From assembly GCA_964106915.2 (NCBI GenBank), contig OZ066918.1: DNA of 64,000 nucleotides; one strand, 5' to 3'. The position numbers were made by a program, and so were the translations under genes. Source of the stretch: Podarcis gaigeae. Taxonomy: Eukaryota. Numbering within the stretch: position 1 is the stretch's first letter; each line of letters opens with the position of its first letter. The notes beneath the pieces were generated by a model. That model did not search any database, was not told the DNA's origin, and saw nothing but the letters and a program-made list of their open reading frames with translations. This document shows positions 51,790 through 64,000 of the stretch, one piece after another.

Positions 51790-52050
51790 TCCATCATGCC
51801 TAGTAGCCATTGGCAGACTTATCTTCCATGAATTTGTCTAAATCACTTTTAAAGCTATGCTAGTTGGTGGCCATCACTATCTCCTGTGGGAATAAGTTCC
51901 ATAGTTGTAACTATGCACTGTGTAACAAAGTACTTCATTTTATCTGACCTGCATCTTCTAACATTCAGCTTCTATGGATGTTCATGAGTTCAAGCGTTAT
52001 GAGGAATAAAAACATTTCTCTGTCCACTTGCTCCAAGCTATGCATTGTTT
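51790..52050 (-). mobile_element. CR1 LINE 3' fragment
   Basis: ccatgaatttgtctaaatcacttttaaagc...gtggccatcact...gttccatagtt resembles the antisense 3' end of CR1 ORF2. Confidence 0.7.
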
Positions 52051-52253
52051 AGCTCTAACAATCATAACTCAAATTGGACACTTTCACCATCAAGCTTGCT
52101 AAGTTTTATCTTCTATTGTCAAACCAATATTGGCTTCTCATGTTAGAACCCATTACATGAGACAGAAGAACACCACCTGTCAAGACTATCCAGAGGCTTT
52201 CGTGTCATTAGCACAGAGAAGAAATTTAGCCAAAAAAAATTGTATTTGCAGTA

Positions 52254-52494
52254 CAGTCAAACCTCTGTTCCCGAACGCCTCTGTTATTGTGCATTTCGGC
52301 TCCCAAATGCCGAAAACCTGGAAGTAAATGCTCCAGTTTTTGAACATTTTTTGGGACCCGAACATCCAACGTGGCTTCTGCTTCAGTGCAAGAAGCTCTC
52401 GCAACCAATCAGAAGCCGTGCCTCGGTTGTTGAACGTTTCAGAGGTCGAATGGTCTTCCGAAATGGATTACGTTCTACAACCAAGGTTTGACTG
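52254..52494. mobile_element. Tc1/mariner-superfamily (Tigger-like) MITE
   Basis: Perfect 11-bp TIR cagtcaaacct / aggtttgactg with TA on both sides. Confidence 0.88.
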
Positions 52495-52569
52495 TAACGG
52501 GACCCAATTCGTTATACCATCTCAGAGTTTCTCTATTGAAAGGTACACCATTATGTCTTTTTTAAAATG

Positions 52570-52860
52570 GATTTCTATAACGTCACCTGTTACTCACCTT
52601 CTCTGTATACTAAGAAATGCCATGTGCCGTAGCCATTCATCATAGTGGAGTTGCTCCATCTCCTTGATTGTTTCGGTTGCCCTTTTCTGAACCAATTCAA
52701 ACTCTACAATATCGTTTTGAGGTGCATTGACCAGAACTGCACATAGTATTCCAAATGAGGTAACACTGTAGATTTGTATAATGACATTGTGGTATTTGCA
52801 GTTTTAGTTTCAATTCCTTTCCTAGTGATCTCTAGCTTGGAATTAACCTCTTCCACGGCT
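52570..52860 (-). mobile_element. CR1 LINE ORF2 fragment (degenerate)
   Basis: Minus-strand translation LYKSTVLPHLEYYVQFWSMHLK resembles the CR1 ORF2 C-terminal motif LYxxxVRPHLEYCVQFWSP. Confidence 0.85.
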
Positions 52861-55600
52861 GAGTTATCTGCTATGAAGGTCTCATTCCTGGTCACTCACC
52901 ACCAGTTCAGATCCCATGAGCATATATGTGAAATTAAGATGTCTTGTTTACATTAAATTTAATGTGCATGTTGCCACCCAATCATGCAGACACAGAAAAT
53001 GATGAATTGGTACCAAGTGTACCATGGTTGGACGTGGTTGTTTGTTTGTTTTTGCAAGTGTTGAACCTCAGGAGTTGGAAAACAGATGATGACTTTGCAG
53101 TTATCACTGTCTTATGTGCATTTATGATGCTGAAGTTGATTCCCAGTTCCCAGTTCCCTATTCAGCAAAGAGATGTGTGGATAACCTAAATGTTTTATTT
53201 GACCCTATACCACAAAATATGAATTCTAATATCCCATATCATAGATCTCCCTCATTAGTGAAACTCTCCCCATCATCATTCTCTGGGGCAAAAAGTGTTG
53301 TTTTTGTGCAAAGCACATTAATGTGCAATGACCTCAGTCTGCAGTTATGAATAAGGGAGCTGTAACTGTGTTCCCCTACATAGTGGCAGTCGGTAGTTCT
53401 TTACCTCTCTTTTCTTAGTGCAAAATGGGAAATACTCCGATCCTTGCCACTAAGTCATTGTAGCAGCTCTGCCTAACACTAATGGACAACTTGCTTTAGA
53501 TAATTGTAATTTGTTTTATATTGCATTGTTTTTATTGTGTACTGAATTTTAAAACTGTTGTTTTGTATGGAACTGTTTTATTATACACCACCTTGATATT
53601 ATTTTTATGAGGGGCAGTAGATAAATATTTTAAATACATGAACAATTTTCAGTACGATACATAAGAAAGCGCTCTGTTAAGCCTCCCTAAGAGTATTCCA
53701 GCTTTAGCACCACAAGTGTGCAATACAAATGATACAAACATATGAAACTGGCAAGATAATGAAAAGTTAATTGCATATAGACTTCTATCCACTGATACAT
53801 ATTTAGAAACAGAGTAACACAAAACAAAGGAAATATGCTGGAAACAACACACCAGAAATTTAGATAATCAGCTATCTTCCAGTAAAGATGCATCACTAAT
53901 TTAAATGTATTAACGTTAAAAAGGTAATTAGCGCCCTTATTTTCAATTTCCCTTTTTGCTGTCTAGATCTAAAATGAATAAGGTTTAGAGAGAAAGACCT
54001 GCCAAATCAGTCTAATAACCCACTGATTTGTGCAATATGTTGATGCCTTTTTAACTGGTTGCAGAATCTGAAGTTCAACCCTAATGTTTGGGATTTGATG
54101 GGCTGCTCTATATGCATGCATAATTTCACTAAGTTCAAAATTCATTTTGTTCTAATTATTCCCCACCACCCATCAAAAATGAAAACAAAAAGCTCCACTT
54201 ATATGAAAATAAATCTTTAGCATTTGAGGAATGGTAGGCCCTTTCTTTGTACTGGAAAACAATAGCTGAAATTGGGCTTTCCGTTTTGTTTTTCAGCAAT
54301 GACTTCAGCACTTGTTTCAACCTCACAATGGCCATATTTGTCACATGTGAAAACAAGCAGTGGCAGAGAAATAAGATAAGTTTAGGAGCTAGTTATGTCC
54401 CTCCTTTTGCTTCCTGAGTTTACCCAATATTCGGTGAAAGTTCATCTCAGCCATATGAAAGAGGTTATGGCAGCAGTGTTCCAAGAAGGAATTTGAACTC
54501 AGCTCTTCCCTGCACGCTAACCACTGTACAACATTATCACTACCATCTATGGCATTACTAAGCATTGAATTATGAGAACTCGTAATCGCTGAGTCAGTTT
54601 GCTGCTTAGAACACGCTCACAGGGAAATAGATATTAGCAAACTGCACCATCTTCTGGTATGGCTGGAAGCATGCTGCCTAGGCTGTAAACAACAAAACCA
54701 GAAAAATATATGGCCACACACTACACAACTTTTCTACAAATTAGGGAAATCTAAATGGTCTTCAGACATAATCCAACCAGTCTACAGCAGGCTTCAGTGT
54801 AACTTATTACTTTCAGAGGTATTGAAACAAGTAACTCCTCCCCAAAATGCATTCAATACAATATTCTGGAACACTGTGGAGGCATAAAAACAAAGGCTCC
54901 AGACAATAAATGAATATTTGTGTCCATATATTTTTACCTCTGATTCAATTGTATGAAGTACACAAGCATGAGTGTTGCAAAAGGGCCAGAAAGCCTTTGG
55001 GGTATGTGGTTTCAGTGGTAATTCTAGTTTGACATTCAACTAGAGGAAAGGAAAGGATTATTTCTATTAAAATATTCCCCACCCCCACCCCAATCTCTGG
55101 AAAGGAAAATCATTTCTTCAAAGTTGGAGGCTCTGTTCCAAAGGGTCTGGAACGAAGGACTATCTGTGTTTGCAATGCAGTCAGAAATTTTGTTGACACA
55201 TATTCCAGCTATCAGGGGGACACACCAAGGCATATGTACTCCTTAAAAGCGAAAGGAGCAAAAATGCCTTCTGCTACTTTCTCTGCACATGCTTATAATC
55301 ATTCAGCCCATGAACAGTTGAATATGTATCTGGATCCTTGCTGGCAGCCTCTTAATGGAGTTCAATGGAAGCAGATTGCAAACCCTAAAGAGCCTATACA
55401 GACAAAACACTGTCAATGCCTTAATTTCAGTTAGAAGACAGCACTTCCCATTGTGCACACAAATTTTCACTTAAGTCTTACACGGTGCTAGCTAACCATG
55501 GTTTGCTCTTAACATGGAATTGTGAAGTCAGTTTCAAACTCTGATTAAATTCCAAATTCTGATTAAAAACTAAATGGTCATAGAGTTTTCAATATACTTG

Positions 55601-55873
55601 CAGGAGCGTCTCCACCCAATCGTTCAGCGCCGAGGACCTTCTGGCGGTTCCCTCACTGTGAGAAGCCAAGTTACAGGGAACCAGGCAGAGGGCCTTCTCG
55701 GTAGTGGCACCTGCCCTGTGGAATGCCAGACTTTTAGAAGACATCTGAAGGCAGCCCTGTTTAGGGAAGCTTTGAATGTTTAACAGACCACTGTATTTTA
55801 ATACTTTGTTAGAAGCTGCCCAGAGTGGCTGGGGAAACCCAGCCAGCTAAGGGGTGTGTGTGTTTATTTAAAA

Positions 55874-55913
<40 letters not shown>
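55601..55913 (+). mobile_element. L2/CR1-group LINE 3' end with an (ATT)n tail
   Basis: agggccttctcggtagtggcacc...ctgtggaatgcc...agacatctgaaggcagccctgtttagggaag...cccagagtggctggggaaacccagccag followed by (att)n. Related copies elsewhere in the window. Confidence 0.8.
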
Positions 55914-55915
<2 letters not shown>

Positions 55916-56058
55916 TCAATCTAACTCTATATCATGAGTATGGCTGGCATAAGATTCATGTGGAAAGGGAAGGGAAGGGAAGGGGTGGGGTTAAGATTAG
56001 GAACATTGTGCCTGCAGCGCTTCAAGGTAAACAACAATGTATAAACAGTGGGTTAGAT

Positions 56059-56178
56059 TAAGGTTACCATTTTTTTTTTCAACTTCCTACTAAAACTCAA
56101 TAGATGGATTTTTGTCAGGGGAGTGATTTGTAAAACCGGGGACTGTCCCCTGGAAAACGGGGACGTCTGGTAACCTTA
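56059..56178. mobile_element. hAT (Blackjack-like) MITE
   Basis: Perfect 11-bp TIR taaggttacca / tggtaacctta; perfect 8-bp TSD ggttagat (56051-56058, 56179-56186). Confidence 0.88.
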
Positions 56179-57913
56179 GGTTAGATCCTTCTGCGTATGG
56201 AAGGGCTCCTTCCATCCACAGAATGGACCAAGGTCTAGTAGTGGAAGCTCCACAATGGAGAAGCAGTTTTTATTTACTCTTTTTTCTCATGTGTCCTGCA
56301 CTTCACCTACAACCCTGGAAGACTCCTCTGGATCTGGAACAGATTTTCTCCAGATTTAAATTTCTGGAGCAGATTTTCAGGGGTTACAAGGAAGGAAGAA
56401 TCACCTATCTTCACCTTCTCCAGCATGAGCAGAATTCTGCTGGGTGGATTCCTGGATCCAATTTTGGTGAAGCAAACACGGGGAGGGAGTTGGACTGTGC
56501 CCCTGGGAGCGGCACACATGTGGCACAGTTGAGACAGAGAGATGCAGAGAGGAAAAGGCAGCCTCAGGGCAGCACCTCACTCAAGGCTGGCAGAGGAGGA
56601 GAAGGGAGAGTCTTGAGCCCAGCAAAATACATGGGAAGTGGGACCACCCCATCGGCTCTGCTAAGACACCAGGTCCATTGGGCCTCTTCTCCCTCAAGAC
56701 GATCATCACAACTCTCAAGAACTGTTGCCTCAGTTTGCTTGTTTTCCTTTACCCATCTGCTTTCCTTTCTCCCCTTTTGTGCTATGTAAACCTGAGGGCA
56801 AGGACTGGCTCACTTGTTAATGATCTCACACCATTCTGGGAGCTTTTTCAGTTGAAACATGCTTTAAATAAAACACACATCTATATACACGCATACACAT
56901 TTATACTATGACTCAGTGTTTACAAGCATCCGAAATCCATAGGACCAAGAAGTTGCTGGTAATGAGAAACGAGAAATGACTTTTACAGTCTTCCTTCTAG
57001 TATCTGCAAAATGGGTTAAATGGATAACAGGTACACATTCAACAGCAGTCACGTGTCTATTGTCTGAAATGGTATTCAAAAGATGCAGGTGTTTCTTTTG
57101 CAAGTTTCAGGTAGTTTAGATAAAAAGTGCAGAAGCTAGAAGGGATTATTGGAGATGGAAAAGCAAGCCCCCCACCCGCCCCCTCAAAATGCAGATCAGT
57201 ATATTATTGGCCCCAAACATCTAACACTCACGACTAAGTCACTTGTGATTATCACTTTAGTTTTCAGCACCACAAAACCTTTGAAACTTAATTTGCATGT
57301 ATGTTTCAGCTCAGCTGAAAGATCATTCCCTTAACATGTTTCCCTATCGTGACAAAAATAGTACCAAGGAAATGTCACGTTAATGATATTGGGAATCCCC
57401 TTTAGACTTAGAGATTCCTTCTGAGGAGTTATTTTTGCAAGACTTTGAAACAACACAATTGCATTTGAGCCTACAAAATTCCACCTAAGCAGTACTTCGA
57501 AAAAGTCTGTTTCTTCTTCTACGTTTGCAATTTACTAAACTTTCACCATGCATGAATGTTTATGTTTGTGTGTGTGGGGGGTAGCTTTGTGGTTTTTTGC
57601 ACTTTAGAAGACAATTGTTTTGGGGTGTGTGGAAGGGGGGGACGGCGGAGGCTTGTCTGTGAAATTATACAGACTAAGACACAACACAGCAGGGAGGGGG
57701 AAAGCTTTTCTTTTCTGCAGTCTGCAATTCATGACCCAGAAACATGTTTATTGACACTATGAAGGAAGGCAATGTGGGTGTTCTTAATTACCACTCCTGG
57801 TGTGACTGTAGTACAAGAACTGTTTACAAGACCTCTATGATTTCCACTATAAATATAAGCTCTTTCAATACTAGCCGGTTTCAGAACCAGGGCTGAGTAC
57901 TGGAATAGGAACC

Positions 57914-58095
57914 TAAGAACATAGGAAGCTGCCTTATAAGTCAGACTTATTGCTCCACCTAGCTCAGTTTGTCTATACTGAGTGGCAAGAAGCTATCTAA
58001 GGCTTCAGATAGGGCTCTCATCAAGCCATACCAAGCTGGGCATGGAATCTGGATATCCCAGATGCAAGGAAGGTGCTTGGCCACTGGGCTATGGT
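57914..58095 (-). mobile_element. Degenerate squamate tRNA-derived SINE (Squam2-like)
   Basis: taagaacataggaagctgccttata...ctagctcagt...ccactgggctatgg: a CR1-like tail at left and a tRNA-like head at right. Confidence 0.65.
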
Positions 58096-58751
58096 GCTAT
58101 GGGAAGCAAAGTTTGCTGGACAATGCACAGAATATCTTTTTCTCTATATTACCAGAAGTAAGAAACAGATTGCCTCTGAAACCAGGATTTTAAGAATTAA
58201 GGCTGAACACACAAATCTGATCCATTCCACTCCATCTTTCCACATTCCACAGTAGCCCAGGGGTCACAAAACATGTCTCTTTCACATTTTTTAAAAAAAG
58301 AGCAAAAATGGAATACATATTTTGAAGAAGCAGTCAGTCCTTACAGAAGACTTCAGCAGGCATAAGGGTGAGCATCACTGCTTGTGTCCCTTAAAAAAAC
58401 AACAACACACGTGTACTCTTGACCTCTGCTGGTCTTTCAAAACTCTTGCAGTTTTTGGTTTATCAGAGGCAAAGCAGGGTCTCTGCAAGGCACAGCAGTA
58501 GGAACTCCCTAAGCACTTTGGGGTGCCTCAGTGATCTAGACATTTTTTTAAAAAATTGCAGGTAAGCATTGGCTGAAAGCAAACATAATGTCTCTAATAT
58601 TACTATAACACCAGGGACTCTGCTAGACTGGTAAAGAAAAAGCAATTTACATGTGTTGTATGTGCAATATAACATTGTGCCACCAGATGGCAACGTGGAG
58701 TCCCGTTTTTCTCTACTTGTTTTCCCTGTTTAAATTTACAATGCTTTAAAC

Positions 58752-59005
58752 CATGGGTAGGCAAACTAAGGCCCAGGGGCCGAATCCGGCCCAATCGCCT
58801 TCTAAATCCGGCCCACGGACGGTCCAGGAATCAGCGTGTTTTTACATGAATACAATGTGTGCTTTTATTTAAAATGCACCTCGGGGTTATTTGTGGGACA
58901 CAGGAATTTGTTCATTCCCCCCCCCCAAAAAAAAATATAGTCTGGCCCCCGCAAGGTCTGAGTGTCAGTGAACTGGCCCCCTGCTGAAAAAGTTTGCTGA
59001 CTCTG
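58752..59005. mobile_element. hAT (Charlie-like) MITE
   Basis: Imperfect TIRs catgggtaggcaaact / agtttgctgactctg, subterminal ggccc repeats, TSD ctttaaac / ctttaaat (7/8). Confidence 0.85.
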
Positions 59006-59772
59006 CTTTAAATTGAAACGCTTCTTTGACATGTCTAGATCCAGCTTTGGATGGTGTGGTGGAAGAAGGGAAAGCAAATCAGAAGAGGAAGGAAGTAGAA
59101 GTCCTCTGTGACTGATAGGTCAAAGGGAGTAATTCTTAGCCAGAAAACAAATCTGTTTTCATTGTTCCCACCCCAAAATCAACTTTAAAAGATGTCTAGC
59201 ACAGAAGTCCCTCTATATATTTGTCTACAATTCGGCAGGCTTCTTACGCTTTCGTGTCTGCGATTTTCAGACCCATTTCACATAAAATACATGGGAAAAT
59301 TAGAAGAGTTCATTTTCATCCACATCAGAATTCTTAACAGCTGGCTTGCAGGAAACTCACTGCAGTAATCCTTTAGAAATGTAGCAAAGGAGTAGCTTCC
59401 TATGATTTTCATTAAACTCTGCCCAATATATATGTGTGCGTGTCTCTCTCTGTGTGTTTTCTTTTCTTTTTTTAAAAAAAGGCAACTATTAAAGGTGCTC
59501 AGCAAAAACATCCCTAAATCTATCTGCCTATAATTTGGCAAACTTTAGCTAATCTGGAGCACTAGCTCGCCTGTAGTTTTCATCCATTGTATCAGAAGTT
59601 TAAAAAAGTTATAGATGGTTATTTATTACAATATTAATGAACTGGGGTGTGACTGGTGGACAAAGAAGACCTGGATGCATTCCGAACCAAATGGGGCAGC
59701 CAGTGAAGTGCCCCACACCCATATCCATATCCATATGATATTTTTATGTAACCATTGATAATGGTAAGAATT

Positions 59773-59970
59773 AATAAATAATAATAATAATAATAATAAT
59801 AATAATTTACACCCCGCCCATCTGGCTGAGTTTCCCCAGCCACTCTGGGTGGCTCCCAATCGAATGTTAAAAACAATACAGCATTAAATATTAAAAACAT
59901 CCCTAAACAGGGCTGCCTTCAGATGTCTTTTAAAAATAAGATAGCTGCTTATTTCCTGGACTTCTGATGG
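59773..59970 (-). mobile_element. L2/CR1-group LINE 3' end with an (ATT)n tail
   Basis: Reverse-complement homologue of about 55730-55913. Confidence 0.8.
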
Positions 59971-61893
59971 GCATATTGTTTAAAAAACAGCATGAGAAGC
60001 AGTCACAAGATCTGATGATGATGATGATGATGATGATTAGCAGGAGCAGCATATTCCATGCCTTCACTATAAGGTGAAGAGTTACAACGATGCAAAAATA
60101 AATTCTAAAACCTGTTAAAGTAATTTCAGATAGCATCAAGCTATTGACTGCACACACCAATCCATTCCATTCATACATCACGCCCTGCGGAAGTCCTTCG
60201 TGGAGCTGTGATAGTCATTTCTGGTATCCAGCAGTGACAGTCCTGTTGTCCCACTCATGGTGACCATGAGAAGGATCCTAAGAATCGGAATAGGAACACA
60301 ACTGGTGTTTGCAAACAAGTAAGTGGGGCTCAACCCAAGTGCACTAGCAGCTGCCACTGTTGGCCATCCTATATTAATAGCTCTTTGGGATTAAACTGGA
60401 TAGACAGTCATTCCATATGGATGCTATTACTTTTTAAGCTGTCCTACTTGTTCACCAAAATATCAAGCGTTCAGCAATTTGTGCTATTATTTCACAGTTT
60501 TTTATATAAATAAAATAAGATTCTGAATAGCATTTTGAAATACCATATGAACAATCTCTATCTTTCACAGGTGGGTAAACGGAGGTCTATGCAGAGAACA
60601 TTCCTGAAAAATTAAGATAACACTTGTGTAATAGTCACATTTAACTACGGAGCTTGACAACTATTCTACAAAGGACCCTCACTCCAGAATATTATGATGA
60701 ATTAAAACATGAGCTACCCTGCCCTGAATTAGCTCTTTGCTACCCCTCCTTTCTTCTGTAAAATGGAAAAAAGGGATCTTAATGATGCCCAGGGGGTGCC
60801 AATAAGTTTAAGTAGAGAGTCATTTTTGTTAATGGAATTCTAGCTTATTCAGTTTGAGTTAGAAGGATGAGAGAATCTTTCACTTTAGCTTTCCAAAGTA
60901 AATATTTGGCACTTTCATCTTCCAGTGCTTAACATGCAATCTGTCACCAAACCCTATTCCTCCCCCCTCATTTATGCAAAAGCTCGTGGGGCGGGGGAGA
61001 GAGAATGGCAAGTTTCTGATGGCAACCAGATAAGGGCAAATGCTATTCTATTGCTCTGAAAGTACATCTTACAAACTGTGGTGCATGAACAAATTGAACA
61101 TCAGCTGCATTCTCCTCGAGCTCTCCAATTCTGAAATGATGGCTCTTTTCATAGAATTCAGCTGCTGTCAAAGAATTTGGGTAGGTAACTTTAAAACTTC
61201 CTGCAATAACATTGAGCACATGCACTGCAGAACATGCCTTGCTCCTCATTAGACCCAAACTGCCTCTCATTAGTACTTTTACTACCTATCCCTGACACTT
61301 TCCAGCATTCAGATTCTTCAAAACAATGCAGATAGAACTATGTAAAGAGATGGGTGCAAGTCTCAACTCCTCCTTGGGGTCACTTTGCAGCTTTGGGAAA
61401 GACACTACTTCTTGGATTTTGATTCATTACATACAAGATAGGAATCACTTTAAGAATGAACTTAACGAAATACCAGACAGGGAGCATTTCTCTCTATAGC
61501 TGGCCTTCAAACTCTAGAGTACCCAGGAAAGTAGCGTATTACCGGTATTTATTAATATTTATCAAAGTATTTATATACTATCCTCTCTCTAAACATAAAG
61601 GCAGTGTACAACATAAACACATTTAACAGCTTTACAAAGCAACAGTGCATTAAAATGAATGACTACTCAAGGGATGTTTTAGACAACTACATAGGTGTAT
61701 TGGCGTAAAAATAAATAAATTCAAGGGACACCTGAATGTAAAAAGCAATGATGCCTGGCAAATCTCTGTTGGAAGAATCTTCCATAGAATGAGACCAGCA
61801 AAACTAAACACTTGGCTTCTAGGTAGTGGATCTCTGTAACATGGAAGACAATGAACAATGCTTCTCCAGATGCACTCAGTGATTGGGCTTGAC

Positions 61894-62029
61894 CAGGCTT
61901 CCTCAACCTCGGCCCTCCAGATGTTTTTGGCCTACAGCTCCCATGATCCCTAGCTAGCAGGACCAGTGGTCAGGGTTGATGGGAATTGTAGTCTCAAAAC
62001 ATCTGGAGGGCCGAGGTTGAGGAAGCCTG
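61894..62029. mobile_element. Young hAT-type hairpin MITE
   Basis: Perfect 34-bp TIR caggcttcctcaacctcggccctccagatgtttt; perfect 8-bp TSD ggcttgac (61886-61893, 62030-62037). Confidence 0.93.
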
Positions 62030-62749
62030 GGCTTGACTATATGGGCTCAGGCAGCCCCACAGGTATCCTGGACCAAAACTTTTCATGGTTTTGTATATCA
62101 GCTCAAAAACCTTGAACCTGACACATTAGCACATACAGCAGCCAGCGCAGATACTTTATTAGAAGTGTCACATGCGGTCTGCCATCTTCCCCTACCAGCG
62201 TTCTTGCCGCTGTATTCTATGTCAGCTGGAGCTTCCAAAACAGGCCCAAGTGACATGGATATGCATTGTATGCTGTTGTATGCTGCTCATCTGACCTCCA
62301 GTCCGCCAGTCAGTCACTGTACTGCACACACACCAGCACAGCCAATCTGGTGTCTACACTGGTTTCTTTGGAAGAACCAGTGCCTTTCCCAAAGCTAGTG
62401 CTCCAAAACTTCCTATAAAACTGTTTGCTTAACTCTTCAGATTATCACGAGCACAGTCCAATAAAGCAACAGAAATTCTGAGTCGGGGGTGGGGTGAGCA
62501 GAGATGTCCTCACAAAGGCAAAAATGCATGTGTTCACAAACATTTATGGATACTTAAAAACAATGTAACATTATTATTTATTATTACTTACTAAATTTGT
62601 ATACCACCCTATTCCCGTAGATCTCAGGGCCTAAAATCACAATATAAGGCAGACATTATGCAGATATAGATAGATAACAGATAGATAGATGCAATTATTA
62701 TAATAGAGAATTCATAGAGCATCTATGCAACATTTGATGGTGATGATGA

Positions 62750-63184
62750 TAATCATAATAATCATAATTTATTACTTGTACCCCACCCATCTGACTGGGT
62801 TGCCCCAGTCGCTCTGGGCAGCTTCCAACAAAATATAAAGAATACATAATAAAACAGGCATTAAAAGCTTCTCAATACAGGAATGCTTTCAGACGACCTT
62901 TATCATTGTTTATCTCTTTGACATATGATGGGAAGGTGTTCCACAGGGGGGCACCATTACAAAGAAGGCCCTCTGCCTGGTTTACTGTAACTTCACTTCT
63001 CACAATGAGGGAACCACCAGAAAGCCCTTGGCACTAGATCTCTATGCCCAGACTGAACAATGAGGGTAGAGATTCTCCTTCAGATATGCAGGACCAAAGC
63101 TGTTTTAAAGCCCTAAAGGTCAACACCAACACTTTGAATTGTGCTCAGAAACGTACTGGGAGCCAATGTAGATCTTTTAGGAAT
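62750..63184 (-). mobile_element. L2/CR1-group LINE 3' fragment (longer, more diverged)
   Basis: cccacccatctgactgggttgccccagtcgctctggg...gaaggccctctgcctggtt...gagggaaccaccagaa is antisense-similar to 55601-55850. Confidence 0.78.
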
Positions 63185-63197
63185 ATATGTATATATG

Positions 63198-63200
<3 letters not shown>

Positions 63201-63246
<46 letters not shown>

Positions 63247-63264
63247 CGAGAGAGAGAGAGAGAG
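63201..63264. repeat. Compound (AC)n(AG)n microsatellite
   Basis: Direct reading. Confidence 0.95.
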
Positions 63265-63266
63265 CG

Positions 63267-63391
63267 CAGTATTCTTCAATCTTGCATCCCGAAACTTTTT
63301 AGAACTCATCCTCTGCCAGCTTACCCAATGGTGAGGAATGATGGGAGTTGTTGTTCAATAACATCTGGGGACCCAAGAGTGAAAAACACTG
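63267..63391. mobile_element. Degenerate hAT-type hairpin MITE related to 61894-62029
   Basis: Ends cagtattcttca / tgaaaaacactg; shares the gatgggagttg...aacatctgg motif. Confidence 0.6.
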
Positions 63392-63571
63392 ATCTACAGT
63401 GTTAATAAGAAAGCACAGGAGGAAGTCTAAAACATAAAATGTTGTTCACCTCAATCAACCGGATAAAATAGCCATCATATTTTAAAGCAGGATACAGTTT
63501 GTGGAACACTTTGATATACATGGGCTCTGGTGGTGGTCTATAGTATAACAGGGTTAGGAAAAGGATTAGAT

Positions 63572-63735
63572 CAGAGCTTTCCAAATTTTTAAAGTTGGTC
63601 ACCCACTTTTTAGACACGCGTCATTTGCAACACAGTATTTCAGTTTTACTAGCAAACTGGAGGTTAAACTAACCCCTTATAAGATCATTCGCACAACACA
63701 CTAACGTGTCATGACACACAGTTTGGAAATCTCTA
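63572..63735. mobile_element. hAT-type MITE
   Basis: Imperfect TIRs cagagctttccaaa / tttggaaatctcta; perfect 8-bp TSD gattagat (63564-63571, 63736-63743). Confidence 0.8.
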
Positions 63736-64000
63736 GATTAGATTAAAGACTGGAATACCAGTGGCTATCAAATAAAATGTCCAGGTATCGTACCTAAAGC
63801 TTGGTTGAATTGTGGGACCTACTGTCAGAAGGAAGCAATATCATAGTACCATTCTGTGGTAATTGTTGGAAACAGAACGTTGGGCTCATTGCTCCATTTG
63901 CCAAACACTCAACATAGCTGTCATGTCTTCTGCTTCTTTTTGTCAATAATAACAAAGTAATTATACACAACTCTCTTTTCTAAATAAGCAGTCTAAACTG

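Noticed and set aside
56223-56789. 188-aa plus-strand ORF, the longest gap-free ORF
   Set aside because: No recognisable domain, no supporting gene structure, antisense within an intron among repeats. A length like this is plausible by chance in a GC-richer patch.
23200-64000. Search for the mammalian alternative exon 4a (SPLPCCTQGH...) and for exon 5 (YLQMKWPLLDV...)
   Set aside because: Neither peptide is visible in the ORF track or by eye. They are probably outside the window, absent in this lineage, or too diverged; TBLASTN would settle it.

Overview
Vertebrate genomic DNA from a squamate reptile. The Sauria SINE and L2 repeat content suggests a lacertid lizard (inference). The window lies wholly inside the TCF7L2 (TCF4) gene, transcribed on the minus strand. 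Six coding exons (human-equivalent exons 6-11; 133, 103, 87, 126, 160 and 108 nt) splice in a consistent frame from [10 protein letters not shown] through the complete HMG box to WSARDNY. The known LVPQ alternative donor and SFLSS alternative acceptor are both present. The beta-catenin-binding 5' exons lie beyond the right edge, and I found no basic-tail exon (GKKKKRKR), so it is probably beyond the left edge. Positions 23200-64000 are the 3' part of the large intron upstream of exon 6. It has a repeat-poor, motif-dense zone (about 33-45 kb) resembling the internal promoter region that makes dominant-negative TCF7L2 in mouse, and a repeat-rich zone (about 48-64 kb) of MITEs, CR1/L2 fragments and SINEs. 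Most notable observations: (1) a perfect 12-bp tandem duplication of the exon 11 splice donor that could insert VGGY between the HMG box and the basic tail; (2) a tiny tailless U6 snRNA retrocopy with an 18-bp target-site duplication; (3) clustered TCF/LEF sites inside TCF7L2's own introns. Almost all ORFs in the supplied track are spurious, and six N gaps are present. I see no evidence for a wholly new gene system.
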